Shown: one piece after another, positions 27,701-37,990 of the stretch | How the letters are laid out: each line of letters opens with the position of its first letter | Position numbering within the stretch: the stretch's first letter is position 1 | Assembly: GCF_006345805.1 (NCBI RefSeq) | Contig: NC_042997.1 | Coordinates: forward strand, 77,996,001 to 78,060,000 | Length of the DNA stretch: 64,000 nt | Direction of reading: 5' to 3' | Source of the DNA: Octopus sinensis | Lineage: Eukaryota | The notes under the pieces: model-generated | Told to the model about the DNA's origin: nothing | Seen by the model: the letters and a program-made list of their open reading frames with translations, nothing else | Databases searched by the model: none | Position numbers and translations under genes: made by a program

Positions 27701-30700
27701 AGAAATATCCTATTCATTCTTGTACACCACGTCCTTTTGTGCCTCATTCATTCTTTTTCTCGATATCTCCATATTTTCTGTTGATAGCATGAAACTCCTA
27801 TCCATTTTCAAAGTTGAAAAAAAAATCGATGCCGAAAAATGTGGAAAAAAATCTCCCAAAATTCACTAAATTTAGATATCAGGTCAAGCAATAACTCAAC
27901 TATTTACAAAGTGAAATCATGTATTTTCACAAATGTACTAATGAGATTTGTGCTTAAATTCACATTTAAATAACAACAGGTACTCTTGGCCGGCTACAGC
28001 TGGGTTGGTCTTATGAACCAAAAAGTTTTTCAGCCGGCTACAGCTGGGTTGGTCTTATGAACCAAAAAACTTTTCAGCTGGCTACAGCTGGGTTGGTCTT
28101 ATGAACCAAAAAACTTTTCAGCTGGCTACAGCTGGGTTGGTCTTATGAACCAAAAAACTTTTCAGCTGGCTACTGCTGGGTTGGTCTTATGAACCAAAAA
28201 AACTTTTCAGCTGGCTACAGCTGGGTTGGTCTTATGAACCAAAAAACTTTTCAGCTGGCTACAGCTGGGTTGGTCTTATGAACCAAAAGGTTTTTCAGCC
28301 GGCTATGGCTGGGTTAGTATTGAAAGGGTTAAAACATTTTCTTTTTCCTTTGTTTCTTAATTATTAGCCATGATGCAGTCTTTGGAATCTATCAAGATGG
28401 ATTTGACAAGAGAGGTGGCCCAGAAATTATCTGCTTCTGATGCTATTCTTAAAGAAAATCTTGCCAAGCTTGTTCGGAATAGAGTGAGTATTTGCCTGCT
28501 TTCTATTAAGTTGTAATCATAGCAAAAATCTCTCAAATATAAATTTGAGGAGCAGTGCATGTTTATTGAATAACCTCATTTTTAGTAAAGATTGTTTGCC
28601 AACATAACATGGCAGTCTTGGTTTCATTTTCCTATATCTTCATTGTCCTATTGTGAATATATAGATATTCTTTGGTTAAATCATCTTGAAATCTATATTT
28701 CTAATGCAGAGCTCTTATTCCTACCACGGTGTTGTAGGAGAAAAATGTGTAAGTTTACAAGTAATTAAAATCTTAGGTTTACGGATTCTGTTTTTAATTA
28801 AGAGAATTGTATTTCACATATGGCCTAATTTCCTCAGGAACTTTGAAATTAGAAACCACAAACCATTATAAGGTGAAGATATTGCAAATTCTGTCATGTT
28901 TGTCTTTGTTTTATCTCTTATAAACATATTCCTATTTTGATCTTTAGAAGTCATATCATTTTCCATTTATAAACTTCTTTACTTTTCAGCAAACTATTGA
29001 AGCTATTGGGTCATCTGTTGGAGCTGCAATTGAAGTGCCCATTCAAACAGCATATCGAGAATCATTCCAGAATATTGTCATCCCTAATTTTGAAAGAACC
29101 TCCCAAAACATGTATAACCAAGTACACGACACATTCCAAAAAGGAACCAAAGAATGTAAGTTGCACTAGGTTACACTAGATTAGCTGAGTTAATTTTTAT
29201 TGTTTTGTTGTAATATTTCAGTTCATGTTCATAAAGCTGGTGGTCATTCCAACCCAGAAAGTCATTTAACTTCAGTGTATTGCTGTTATAGTTTTATTCT
29301 CATCAAAATCTGCAATTTTTCAGAAATCTATCCCAATCTATGGAGTTATGTTATGTTGCTCCAGTCCTAAGAATGGTTATGCCTGCCTTTTTGACCTCAT
29401 GGGAAAGAAGCAACAGAGGCAGGTGTTAGCAATCAAATCCTTTATCAATTTGAGTAGATCTCTTCTCAATGACTAAGCTGTATGGTTTCTATAAAATCAT
29501 ACTTGCTTTTCAATGTCTTGCACTAGTTGATCTGTCACTCTTGAGAACTTCGGAGAGACAGAGACAGAGAGGGAAACTTTGCAAAGAGTTTCTCTTACAA
29601 GACATAGTCAAAGAGAGCTTTGTAGCAAAATATCCCTTGGAATGGAAGTTTCCATTTCAGCATCACTCATTGGAAATCTATTCCTCACATGCCATCCACT
29701 TTAGTTTATCTCAGAGCGTAATGATACTTCTAACATTCCTCTTGTACCTTCTGCACACATGCTATATAGATTCCTCATGTCAGACTGACACTATACATGA
29801 ACAAAGACCTTGACATCATCTATTAGGTCAGAGAATGACCCTCATTGTAGAATATTGGCACTGTAAATTAGTTTCCATAAATGTACACTGAGGGAAGACT
29901 TTTTTTTTTATGTGTTCCTTGAAATCAAGGGACCACCTCTACCATATGGATATTTTTTCTGATACATTTAATTACATGTAAATCTTCACTATACTCATTG
30001 CCAATCCTAATCTTACTAACGGCCTCTCTGTATAAGGCCTGTACAGCCCATATTAACCATTTGTCAATCCCCAGCTTCTGCATTGCTCACCAAATAAAGG
30101 ATCAGGGGACCCTGTCAAAGGCTTTCTCCAAGTCCACAAAAGCTAAGTAGAGGGGTTTATCTTTAGCTAGGTATTTCTCCTGCAGTTGTCGAACCAGGAA
30201 TATGGCGTCAGTGGTGCTCCTACCCAGCACAAAACCGAACTGCATCTCATCTAAGCAGACTCTGTCCCTAATGAGATGGGCTGTGACCCTCTCCATGACC
30301 TTCATCACCTGATCCAGCTGTTTGATACCCCTGTAGTTATTTCTATCTAGAGCATCACCATTACTCTTGTAGCAGTTGATTTCTGATGGGCCGGGGGCGG
30401 TTCATGGTATAACAGGTCAGAACATATAGGAATGTAAACACTGTAACACTATAGAATTTTGATCTATTCTTTTCACATTTATCAGTCAATAAGTGAATGT
30501 ATTCAGCTTCTATTTAGCAAACTGTACATTTTTATTTGTGCTATTCTATATTGATTACTCATTTTATTTTCTTGTAGACTTGGTTCAACTTCAGCAACAC
30601 TTAGAAGTTGGTCGTCGAAGACAAATGGAGGTTTGGGATCCTGTAGTTTCTCAGTTGCAATCAACTGTTGAGATGTTCAAAGGTTCAACTGAACACCTAC

Positions 30701-32534
30701 ACACTCATTTATTATCAGTTTTGGAGAAAAAACTAGAAACTGTTGTTACACAATCAATGAAAGGGTAAGATATCTATTTTTTTTTTAATTGTTACAAAAT
30801 ATTTCCTTACACTATATAAATGTGAAATTATATACTCAGTATTCTAATGATTCTGCCAGTTTGCTGTCTTAAAATGCTTTGCAACTGGACAGGGCCCTGG
30901 GATGATGGGATCCTGGGGCCATAATGTGTGTTCAAGGTGTTGATGTTCACTGAGTCTTGCAATTTGCATCAGTTCACACAGAACTTTATCTTCTACTTTA
31001 TCTTGGTGAAAGCTGCAGTATAGCTGGTTAGGATTGTTACATCCTGTTTAATCCTAAACATTCTGTTAATATTAGCAATTCCCACCAAATCTATTGTCAT
31101 ATAAAAGCAAAGTGGATTCAATCAGTTTTGGCTTTTGGAGATTAATTAAATACATAAACTTTCAAACATTGAAAATGTGTTGCTTAGTGATTGTCTTGTG
31201 CTACTCTTTTACTTAGACTGAAAGACACTTTACTTCAACATGTACGAGAAGTTGTGAAGGATGAAGTGAACAAAGCCATGCGACTCCAAGGAAACACCAT
31301 TAGTGACAATGTATTAAGCGCAATGCGTTCGGGAGCTGTGACCCCAGTGCCTGGTACTCAAGATGTCCACATATTACAAAATCAGATACTGCGACTTTTA
31401 AACCAGGGACAGATAAATGCTGCTTTTCAACAGGTGAGACTCATTTTAAATAGAATATTGTGATTTTGTTTCCACTTTTAACTTTCTCAGAAACAAAATG
31501 TTGAAATAAATTATAGTTTCTGGTAATTCTTCATAATCTAAGGGTTGTAATTCCCTTTATTTGATACGAATGAATATATACTTTCAATTAATAAGTGTTT
31601 TCTCTTGAACATTCTAATTATTTTTTCATTGTTCAATTAAATATTTTTGCTATTTTAGGCCTTGTCTGCTGCCAATCTAGAATTGGTAATACTTACTTGT
31701 GAGAAAGCTAATCCAGATCAAGTCTTTGGACAAATTCCTTTCCCATTACAACAACCTGTTCTTCTATCTTTGATTCAGCAACTATCAGCTGATATTGAAA
31801 CACACACTCTATTGAAACAAAAGTAAGTTCTTTCAGATATTAGTTTCTTGTTCAGAACACAAATATCTGTTTTTCAAAGGTGCATTTTTTATATAGGCAC
31901 AAGCATAAGTGTGTAGTAAGAAGTTTGTTTCCTAACCAAATGGCTCTTGGTTCAGTCCCACACCGTGGCATCCTGGGCAAGTGTCTTCTGCTATAGTGTA
32001 AAGCCAAGCAAAGCCTTGTGAGTGAATTGATGGAAACTGAGAGAAGTATGTGTGTGTGTGAGTTATATATATATATATATATATATATCTACTATAATAA
32101 TACTCTTGTGTTTTTCTCTATCACAACATATGAATGAGAAAGGAAGGAGTGATGGATGAATAAAGAAGGAAGGAAGGGGTGATGGCAGACTGGTAGTAGG
32201 ATGATGAAAAAATCAAACAGCATTTCAACTCTATGTATGTAAAAGGGAGGAAAGTGTGTGTGCGTGTGTGTAATGGTGAACATTCAACACTGAAAAGAAA
32301 AATCAAACAGCGTTTCAACTCTGTGTATATGTGTGTATGTGTACTAGGGAAGTATGGGAATATTTGTATGTGTGAACCAACAAATGATGATCGATGTCAC
32401 ATCTCAAAAGACAACTACTAGATAACATTGACAAGCGTATTAATTTGATTTACCATCTGTATTCTATCTTTTATCCTTATTTATACATAAAATACTACAA
32501 TTAGACATCAATTTTGACGGTACTGGGCCAGCAA

Positions 32535-32572
<38 letters not shown>

Positions 32573-33658
32573 TTTATGGTAACATGCTATAAGATATTGT
32601 TATTCATATAGTGATTAGCAATTGTATTATGTTTAAAACCCTAGTTAAAGACAGAACAGAACATTGGAGGATCAATTTTGACTTTAGTTCAATGTTCAAG
32701 CATATAGGTTTTTTTGTATAATTCTCATTGACATCAGAAAGTGGTGCATAATCAGTAGTAATTATCTAAACATTTCAGAACATGTAAATATTGGTATCCA
32801 ATTTTGGCACAAGGCCAGCATTTTTGGGGAGGTGATAAGTTGATTGGATTAACCTCAGTGATCCACTGGTACTTATTTTATTGACTTTGAGAAGATGAAA
32901 GGTAAAGTCGACTCTGGTGTAAAGATGGACAAAATGCAGCTAAGCCTTTTTCCTGGTGTGCTTATTGACATCTTGCCTGTTTTTTAAATTTTTTTTTATT
33001 TTGGGATAACTATTTTACAAGTGAGTTTGTTGTTGGTAAGGAAACTATGTAATTAAAACAATGCTGGGAAAAATAATTTTATGTTTGCTTTACTAATTAC
33101 ATTGAAAGGTCTCTGTTTAAGAAAGATAGGGCCATTCATACTCAGTTGTATTGTAGGGAGAATAATATTACAGTATATATTTGTAATATAATATTGTTTG
33201 TAGGTATTGTTTTTTCAGTACCCATAAAAGATAAGAAAAAGCAAAAACCAATTCCTGATGTAGAAATTGTGGTTTTACTGCATTGGTAGATTAGATTTAG
33301 TTTGTTAAATATAAATCTTATTTGAGAAAGAAGATTGTGTGTTTGATTGATAGGCTTGTAAGGTATTACCGTATAAATTGGACCTGAATGACCAGTAAGA
33401 TAACTTACTTTCTCTTTGTTAAAACTCATAAAACTGTTATAAATCTATTACTGAAGAGCTCCTTTTTAATTTTACAGGTATTTAGAAGAGGCAATTGTCA
33501 GCTTAGATACAACCAACCCAATCACTCATGAACACAAAAGAAGTGTGCTCAGTGGCCTTATCCCTAAATTGAACAATTTCATCCAATCACATCCAAATTC
33601 TCCTGATCGCCGATCAATCAATAAACTCCTCATGCTTGCTCAGGCACATCTTAACTAA
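5139..33658 (+). CDS. EDC4: EDC4/Ge-1, 3' part of a spliced gene (18 exons in window, 5' end upstream)
   Basis: Exons 5139-5234, 5373-5478, 7461-7635, 8335-8431, 8558-8652, 10010-10127, 10515-10899, 12353-12648, 16013-16138, 19867-19945, 20065-20299, 25837-25989, 28368-28483, 28990-29155, 30578-30764, 31217-31433, 31659-31822 and 33478-33658 all have GT-AG boundaries with matching phases and join into one open frame (2992 nt). The protein has the end of the WD40 region (FWKYAVTGG..ELKVWSCVSWTCLQTIR, ALDLSARYLVLTD, SISEFLL), LLTPDAF, a Ser-rich linker, a coiled coil and the EDC4 C-terminus (GQINAAFQQALSAANL, QPVLLSLIQQLS, YLEEAI). Confidence 0.93.
5373..5478 (+). CDS. EDC4: EDC4 exon
   Basis: gacag|; FLDPPSHLETKTELCMKVALDLSARYLVLTDFRRK; |gtaagt. 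Confidence 0.92.
5574..6176 (-). mobile_element. 5'-truncated RTE 3'UTR copy with ~63-bp tandem units
   Basis: (CAT)n tail, then the reverse complement of the 4530-5090 3'UTR; repeated ttttatgtgccaccgacac units. Confidence 0.85.
6380..7150 (-). mobile_element. Degenerate RTE fragment (PHD region to C-terminus)
   Basis: Minus ORF 6554-6766 (NGSETW...LREKLGIKGIKCSVQ) matches the C-terminus of the + copy. Confidence 0.75.
7461..7635 (+). CDS. EDC4: EDC4 exon
   Basis: catag|; VLYILNLHQDHKAETVYISSISEFLLARPCLSFAIL...; |gtagg. Confidence 0.92.
8335..8431 (+). CDS. EDC4: EDC4 exon
   Basis: gaag|; EIEQDNSKKLFEDEDSTIVDGVLVELYAVHST; |gtaagt; phases fit both neighbours. Confidence 0.88.
8558..8652 (+). 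CDS. EDC4: EDC4 exon
   Basis: tttacag|; ILQELNIRFKTEVAHSDSEVQAVGSKSQDGI; |gtaagt. Confidence 0.88.
8869..9250 (-). mobile_element. RTE-tail/SINE-like remnant
   Basis: catcatcatttagcgtctgttttccat...ggatgcccttc.taatgccaaccact, the same tail as at 5574. Confidence 0.7.
10010..10127 (+). CDS. EDC4: EDC4 exon
   Basis: ttttag|; LKDGLSDVSNIMDTSVPDSSESSRGEKAPVLLTPDAFT; |gttaat. Confidence 0.85.
10515..10899 (+). CDS. EDC4: EDC4 exon, Ser/Thr-rich linker (alternative in-frame donor at 10908)
   Basis: tttcag|; KPYSLQTISANSSF...ELFKMSQQVS; donor gtgagc at 10900 or gtaagg at 10909. Confidence 0.82.
12353..12648 (+). CDS. EDC4: EDC4 exon
   Basis: ctttcag|; QAAVVVSGSITSS...REWPKPPDVSTDG...; |gtaagt in phase 2, matching the next exon. 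Confidence 0.85.
12750..15134 (+). mobile_element. Internally deleted Ty3/Gypsy LTR element (gag plus integrase C-half; PR/RT/RH absent)
   Basis: TG..CA LTRs at 12750-13010 and 14868-15134; PBS-like TGGTGATAAG after the 5' LTR; PPT aaaaagggacga; near-TSD ttttt/ctttt; gag with CX2CX3HX4C knuckle; integrase core (IVSDNGTQF, SNGRAECFVDTFK). Confidence 0.9.
15180..15375. mobile_element. Short piggyBac-like MITE remnant related to the 26812-28328 element
   Basis: Shares ggaacataattaa and the terminal gggttagtatcaaaatagttaa with the longer element; left end eroded. Confidence 0.55.
16013..16138 (+). CDS. EDC4: EDC4 exon (acidic)
   Basis: tttctag|; REGQDIDDDEEEDEDYSLLVDASSNSKGKQPKPLARQIQLT; |gtaatg. 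Confidence 0.82.
16660..17605 (+). mobile_element. Degenerate RTE fragment (end of APE to start of RT)
   Basis: ECVRQHRLVTCAF, EGPANLVDSSVVDKA and gatgaaatgcagttt align with the 2200-3270 region of the long RTE. Confidence 0.75.
18681..19580 (-). mobile_element. Degenerate RTE with (CAT)n tail and a PHD/RT segment
   Basis: Tail at 18681; 19242-19556 is the reverse complement of the 3650-3950 region and ends VFVCGGC. Confidence 0.8.
19867..19945 (+). CDS. EDC4: EDC4 exon
   Basis: ctgtag|; EPAAPPIHEAPVQIIREVVEPQSLKD; |gtaagt. Confidence 0.82.
20065..20299 (+). CDS. EDC4: EDC4 exon (Gln-rich, start of coiled coil)
   Basis: ttgtag|; IQAMLSTINNKLTRFELLSQQMQELFIQQQQQ...HQQSQRE; |gtatcc. Confidence 0.85.
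20581..21806 (+). mobile_element. mariner, irritans/Himar-like, defective
   Basis: 39-bp TIRs with 2 mismatches (tacgaggggcgttcaataagtaatgcc...), terminal TA; ATG at 20750 MEHVECRAVIRFLYLKG; WIPRLL; WVHHYDPETK; frameshifts and a deletion in the YSPDL region. Confidence 0.95.
21828..23108 (+). mobile_element. mariner, degenerate full-length
   Basis: TIRs tattgggacatcccataaataatg / cattatttatgggatgatccaata; ATG at 22016 MEVTKEHIRHILLYEF; HQDNVQPH; PYSSDVAPSNYHLY; many stops. Confidence 0.93.
25837..25989 (+). CDS. EDC4: EDC4 exon
   Basis: attcag|; QRYQEILNETQSYDKKHEALVNTLWQAVDTTLRKNLEVMVKSEMKNNVLP; |gtgagt. Confidence 0.88.
26812..28328 (-). mobile_element. Internally deleted piggyBac-family DNA transposon
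   Basis: TTAA at 26808-26811 and 28329-28332; TIRs CCCTTTCnnTACTA; minus-strand remnants include an acidic N-terminus from the ATG at 27772 (SDSEETESGDSD) and GHILFFDRLF/SSVKLAVDL (one frameshift), resembling the piggyBac DN(F/Y)FTS catalytic motif. Confidence 0.82.
27989..28320. repeat. 44-bp tandem repeat, 7 full units plus a partial eighth, subterminal to the piggyBac TIR
   Basis: Unit gc(c/t)ggctacagctgggttggtcttatgaaccaaaaaacttttca starting at 27989, 28033, 28077, 28121, 28165, 28210, 28254 and 28298. Confidence 0.97.
28368..28483 (+). CDS. EDC4: EDC4 exon
   Basis: tattag|; MMQSLESIKMDLTREVAQKLSASDAILKENLAKLVRNR; |gtgagt. Confidence 0.9.
28990..29155 (+). CDS. EDC4: EDC4 exon
   Basis: ttttcag|; QTIEAIGSSVGAAIEVPIQTAYRESFQNIVIPNFERTSQNMYNQVHDTFQKGTKE; |gtaagt. 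Confidence 0.92.
30100..30405 (-). mobile_element. RTE RT fragment
   Basis: DEMQFGFVLGRSTTDAIFLVRQLQEKYLAKDKPLYLAFVDLEKAFDRVP. Confidence 0.9.
30578..30764 (+). CDS. EDC4: EDC4 exon
   Basis: cttgtag|; LVQLQQHLEVGRRRQMEVWDPVVSQLQ...TQSMK; |gtaaga. Confidence 0.9.
31217..31433 (+). CDS. EDC4: EDC4 exon
   Basis: acttag|; LKDTLLQHVREVVKDEVNKAM...RSGAVTPVP...LLNQGQINAAFQQ; |gtgaga. Confidence 0.93.
31659..31822 (+). CDS. EDC4: EDC4 exon
   Basis: ttttag|; ALSAANLELVILTCEKANPDQVFGQIPFPLQQPVLLSLIQQLSADIETHTLLKQ; |gtaagt. Confidence 0.94.
31895..32090 (+). mobile_element. tRNA-derived SINE 5' part running into (TG)/(TA) repeats
   Basis: ggttcagtcccac B-box-like head, gggcaagtgtcttctgctatag, aaagccttgtgagtg. 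Confidence 0.7.
32790..32945 (-). mobile_element. tRNA-derived SINE remnant (second family)
   Basis: actggtacttatttt...gatgaaaggtaaagtcgac is the reverse complement of the core of the 52810 SINE. Confidence 0.6.
33478..33658 (+). CDS. EDC4: EDC4 terminal coding exon
   Basis: ttacag|; YLEEAIVSLDTTNPITHEHKRSVLSGLIPKLNNFIQSHPNSPDRRSINKLLMLAQAHLN*; TAA at 33656-33658. Confidence 0.93.
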
Positions 33659-33991
33659 AACTTAAATTGAAAACTTTTCCACATTCTTTTGCTCTTCGAC
33701 CTGTAAACCTGGGTCACTATTTGTCAGGTCTGCTCATTGGTTGCAGATATGTATCTGGACATTTTTTAAAATTTATATTTTTTAAGTTCAAGTAGCTGAT
33801 CCTTGGTAAAAACAGATTGTGGCTGTCAACTAGCTGATCCGTGTTACAGATTGTAACTGTTAACTGGCTGATCCATGATACAAACAGATCATAATTGCAG
33901 CTGTGATAATTTAGTCAGTTTCTTTCACATAATGCACTCACCAATGCATTTGCATATCTTCATGTATAGAAAAAAAAACCCAAACAAACCA

Positions 33992-34002
33992 AATAAAATA
34001 AA
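33992..34002 (+). terminator. Candidate EDC4 polyadenylation signals (overlapping AATAAA x2; another at 34517-34522)
   Basis: AATAAA hexamers downstream of the stop codon; the site used is unknown without transcript data. Confidence 0.4.
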
Positions 34003-35059
34003 CTCATTATAATCATTCTTTTTTAATATAGATTGAATTTATGTATATGTGCAAGGGGTATTTTTATATTATTCCTTGAAAGATATTTTCATATTTTCAG
34101 CATGAATAGGTTTTTCTTTTTTATCTTTATGAATGTGTGAAATTTGGTCTGAAAAGATTACCTCAGTGAGAAAGTAAATAAATGCAGTTTTAGTAGAATG
34201 CATTACTGTGGCCAGAGTTATTGCCAGCAAGTCATATGTTTATGTGTCGATGTAAGTTTATCCTTGTTATTTTGTTAAATGCCCTACAGGTATGTATATG
34301 TGAATGTGTATGTATACTTAAACTGCTTCATCATCATCTACCAAGAACATTCGGTTAATTAAAACCAATTAAAACCAATTTTGAAAGCTGGTATAACAGA
34401 TTTGCTTGATATTGTCTAGACATATTAACAGGTTTTTATTTGAGATTAAACTATTCAGAATCAAAACAAACTGGCTGAAAGAGGTATTCAATATAAAAGA
34501 AAGATGAAATACAAACAATAAAAATCAAAATAGGTAAAATTTTTACTTTTTATTAGGTTATTTTTCCTTGTTTTAATATTTAATGTTAGTGTTCCATTTG
34601 ACATGGGTTGGACAGGGTCTGATTGGTCCAAAGACAACATTATGCTCCAGTGTTTGCCATGGCATGATTTCTTTGGCTGGATGCCCTTCTTAATGCCAAC
34701 AACTTAACAGCATGTTCTGCAGTTGAGGAAGGTAGAGGAGTGGTGAAGAGTGGACTGGATAGTAGTAGTGATACAGTTTACTTGGAGGATAAGAGAAAGA
34801 TGGATAGTCTACAAGAGTGGTAGGTATAGAGACAGATGTAGTGCATGAGGGGAGCTAATTTGGTGGTTCAGTGGGATGGGATGAATCACTAATGTGAGTG
34901 AGGAGAACAATAATAGAAGAATGGCTAACAAGTGAAATGGTTCCAGGTAGCAAGAAATATAGAATGGTCTCAAGATGGAGTCATGGGAGAGAGATAGATG
35001 GTGGTGGTGGGGATGTTTAGAGGAGATTAGGCAGGGTACTCATTTGTTTATATTCATGC

Positions 35060-35980
35060 ACACAGTGCTTCCAGATGTCAGTTTTGTTGGGGTAAGAAGG
35101 TCCTAATAAGAACCTTGTATCGCCAGATATCTTAATCCTTTGTCATCACCTCTGAGAGGCTCAGGGTTTCAAGATCAGCTTTCACCACTTCATCCCATGT
35201 CTTCCTGTGTGTCTCTCTTCCACAAGTTCCTACTACATTTAGTGATTAGTACTTATGCTAGTTGACTTCATCTGTATGCATCACATGTTCATACCCAGAC
35301 AGGCCTCTTTCTTGCACACCACATCTGATTCCTCTTATGCTCAGTTTTTCTCTCTCTACATTTATACTGTGTTGGTCATTCAAACATTGCACATCCAATG
35401 AAGCATGCTCATTTCATTTCTTTCCACTCTTAAGTCTGCTGTGTTCAAGGATCTGTTGCACTACCATGCAGCTTTGCAGCTCTAATACAAGCATCATACT
35501 CTGCCTTTTACTCAATGGAAAAATACCTTTATTGTCAGCAGCATTACTTGTTTACTGAACTTTCTCCCACTTATTCTCATGTTGGCTACTGTGTTTTTGG
35601 AGCAGCCACTTCCCTTACGAATTATATCTTCCCCGTAACATATGCTACCAACTACTTCTAGTAAGCCCTCCCAACATTCAAGAGCATCTGTTTCTGGTGT
35701 GTTCAATAATATGTACTTCTCCAGTGCATCCATCACATATGAAGCTTATGTTCTCTGCTAGTTTGCCTTTGATTCCACTGCATCTCTTGTATGTCCATAG
35801 CTTACATTTTGTACAGCATATGAAGTTTATACTTACTCCTTTTCTGCATGTTGAGTAAGGTAATTTCCTTGAAGATACCAGAGCCCTGTCTTATTTACTA
35901 GAATCTTTGTTTTTGCTAAATTTACCTTAAGCTTCCCTACTTGCTAGAGCTTTTGTCTTTGCCAAGTTTACTTGAACGTG
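35060..35980 (-). mobile_element. Degenerate RTE C-terminal fragment
   Basis: Reverse complement encodes remnants of NLAKTKAL, KRCSGIKG and GRxxRKTWDEVVKADL. Confidence 0.7.
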
Positions 35981-36028
35981 AACTTGTTTCATTGTTTTGA
36001 AAAAAATTCATTATAGTTGAACGATTTA

Positions 36029-37269
36029 GTTAGTTAGTTAGTTAGTTAGTTAATTTGACTCAAAAGCAAATAGCAAGGCCATGTAGGGGGACATGGAGTT
36101 AAGTACAGGGTGGTGTTCATGTAAAGAGTTCAGGCCACTTGAGGTCAAGGGAGGCTTTGAACAAAGCGGTCGTCGGCATCTTCACCATCTCGTCTGGCAG
36201 CTTGTTCCACGGATCCGCAACCCGGACGGAGAAAGCTCCTCTCCTTCGATTGAGATGAAATCGTCGCAGGTAGAGCTTTTCGGAATGACCCCGCGGCCGA
36301 CGCCCTGGAGCAGGAGTGAAGAACAGCTCTTTCGAGAGGTTACACTTTCCGCTTATGATGTTGTGGACGAGAATGAGATCACCACGGCGGCGGCGTTTTT
36401 CAAGAGAATAAAGGTCGAGCGTCCTCAGCCTTTCTTCGTATGACAAATTTTTGAGACCATGAACCATGCGGGTAGCCAGCTTCTGGACTCTTTCGAGATG
36501 CTGTATGTCTTTGAGGAGATAAGGAGAAGAGGCTTGAATCCCGTAATCCAATATGGGTCTCACCAGCGTGACATAGAGTGGTAGGAATATGGCTGCTGTG
36601 AGCATTCCGAATGACCGTCGAATCAAGAACAGAATTCCGCATGCTTTGTTGGCAGCATGGACGCACTGGGCCGAAGGCGAAAAGGAGGAATCCACCAAGA
36701 TACCCAGGTCCTTTACCTGATCGGTCCTCTCCAGCAGCAGACGACCCGGCTCGAAATCAAGTTGAGTTGCAGGAGGAGAGCCGACAGGCAGATGACAGCA
36801 CTTTGACACGTTCAGACACAGGTCCCATTTGTTAGACCACTTCCAAATTTGGTGGAGGCATCGACGAAGATCCTCTATATCACCGCGAGGAGCGACCAGT
36901 TTGATATCGTCGGCAAATAGAAGGGTGTGTTGCGTGAGGTCGTCGGGCAAGTCATTTATGAAGACTAAGAACAACAAGGGCCCAAGCACTGAACCTTGAG
37001 GCACGCCACTGCTCGCACTGGAGACGTCGGACCGCGAACCATTAACTTGGACTTGGAAGGAGCGATCTGAGAGGAAGGCACCAACCCATCGTACAATATC
37101 CGGATGGAAACTATATGCTTGAAGCTTGACAAGTAATAGGCGGTGGTTTACCGAGTCAAAAGCTTTGGCAAAGTCCAATAAAACGATGTCAACAGCATCA
37201 CTATCATCGAGGATGCGCGTCACCAATTCTTCCATTACTAGTAAGTTGGTCAAGCATGATCTCTTCGGC
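36029..37269 (-). mobile_element. Young 5'-truncated CR1-clade LINE with an uninterrupted RT/C-terminal frame
   Basis: Open 384-codon frame 36117-37271 (DFAKAFDSV, GVPQGSVLGP, FADD, ERVQKLATR, YEERL, RRRRGDLI, WNKLP); (TAAC)n tail at 36029-36053; exact 8-bp TSD ACGATTTA at 36021-36028 and 37270-37277. Confidence 0.95.
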
Positions 37270-37499
37270 ACGATTTACACTCAGAGTAAACATTTGAAGA
37301 AAGTGTTGATGTTTTTCCTCATTGTTAATTTCTTTAATTTAAAAAAAATTTGTTTATTATACTTGCATGAATAAGGAAATCTTCACGTGTAAACTTTAGA
37401 GCTCAGGAAGTGTAATACTTATAGTGTTTAAAGACATTTTACTGTTGGATATTCCTTTTTGACACAATTCTGAATTATTGAGATGTTTGACAAAGTGTC

Positions 37500-37990
37500 T
37501 TTATAATTAGATAATTTTCCATGCTTGTAGAGGTTGACTGAGTTGTTGATTCCTAACTTGCGTACTAAACTCATTGCTGTACTCATAGCTAACTCTGATG
37601 TTACTGATAGCACCTCTGTACATGGATTATCTTGCCCTTACAAGCCATTCATTTATCCCTACTTACAAATGGTGGAATTCTGTCAAAGGCCTTCCCATGG
37701 TCGTCAAATGCTAGGTATAGTAATTTCTAGTTCAGTACTTTCAATTGTCTCTTTAAGAAGAGGACATCAGGCGTACCCTTTCCTGGCACACAGCCTAATT
37801 GTATTAGTCTAGGCTTTCTGTATATCTATTTCTAACAAGTTTTGCTATAACTATTTGTCTTTTTGCACAATCTCTTGTATGTTAATTATATTGGAGTTGG
37901 GAAACATTTTTTTGTTATCAATACATCTTAACCACTGGCACCATGGTGTCATTACTGTTGGGGGAGATACTTTTCTTCTCCAACTTGTAA
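37500..37990 (-). mobile_element. Very old RTE RT remnant
   Basis: Reverse complement gives LGCVPGKGTPDVLFL..LYLAFDDHGKAFDRI. Confidence 0.55.

Noticed and set aside
27989-28320. CRISPR-like array
   Set aside because: Units are contiguous with no unique spacers; eukaryotic context, inside a piggyBac; no cas genes.
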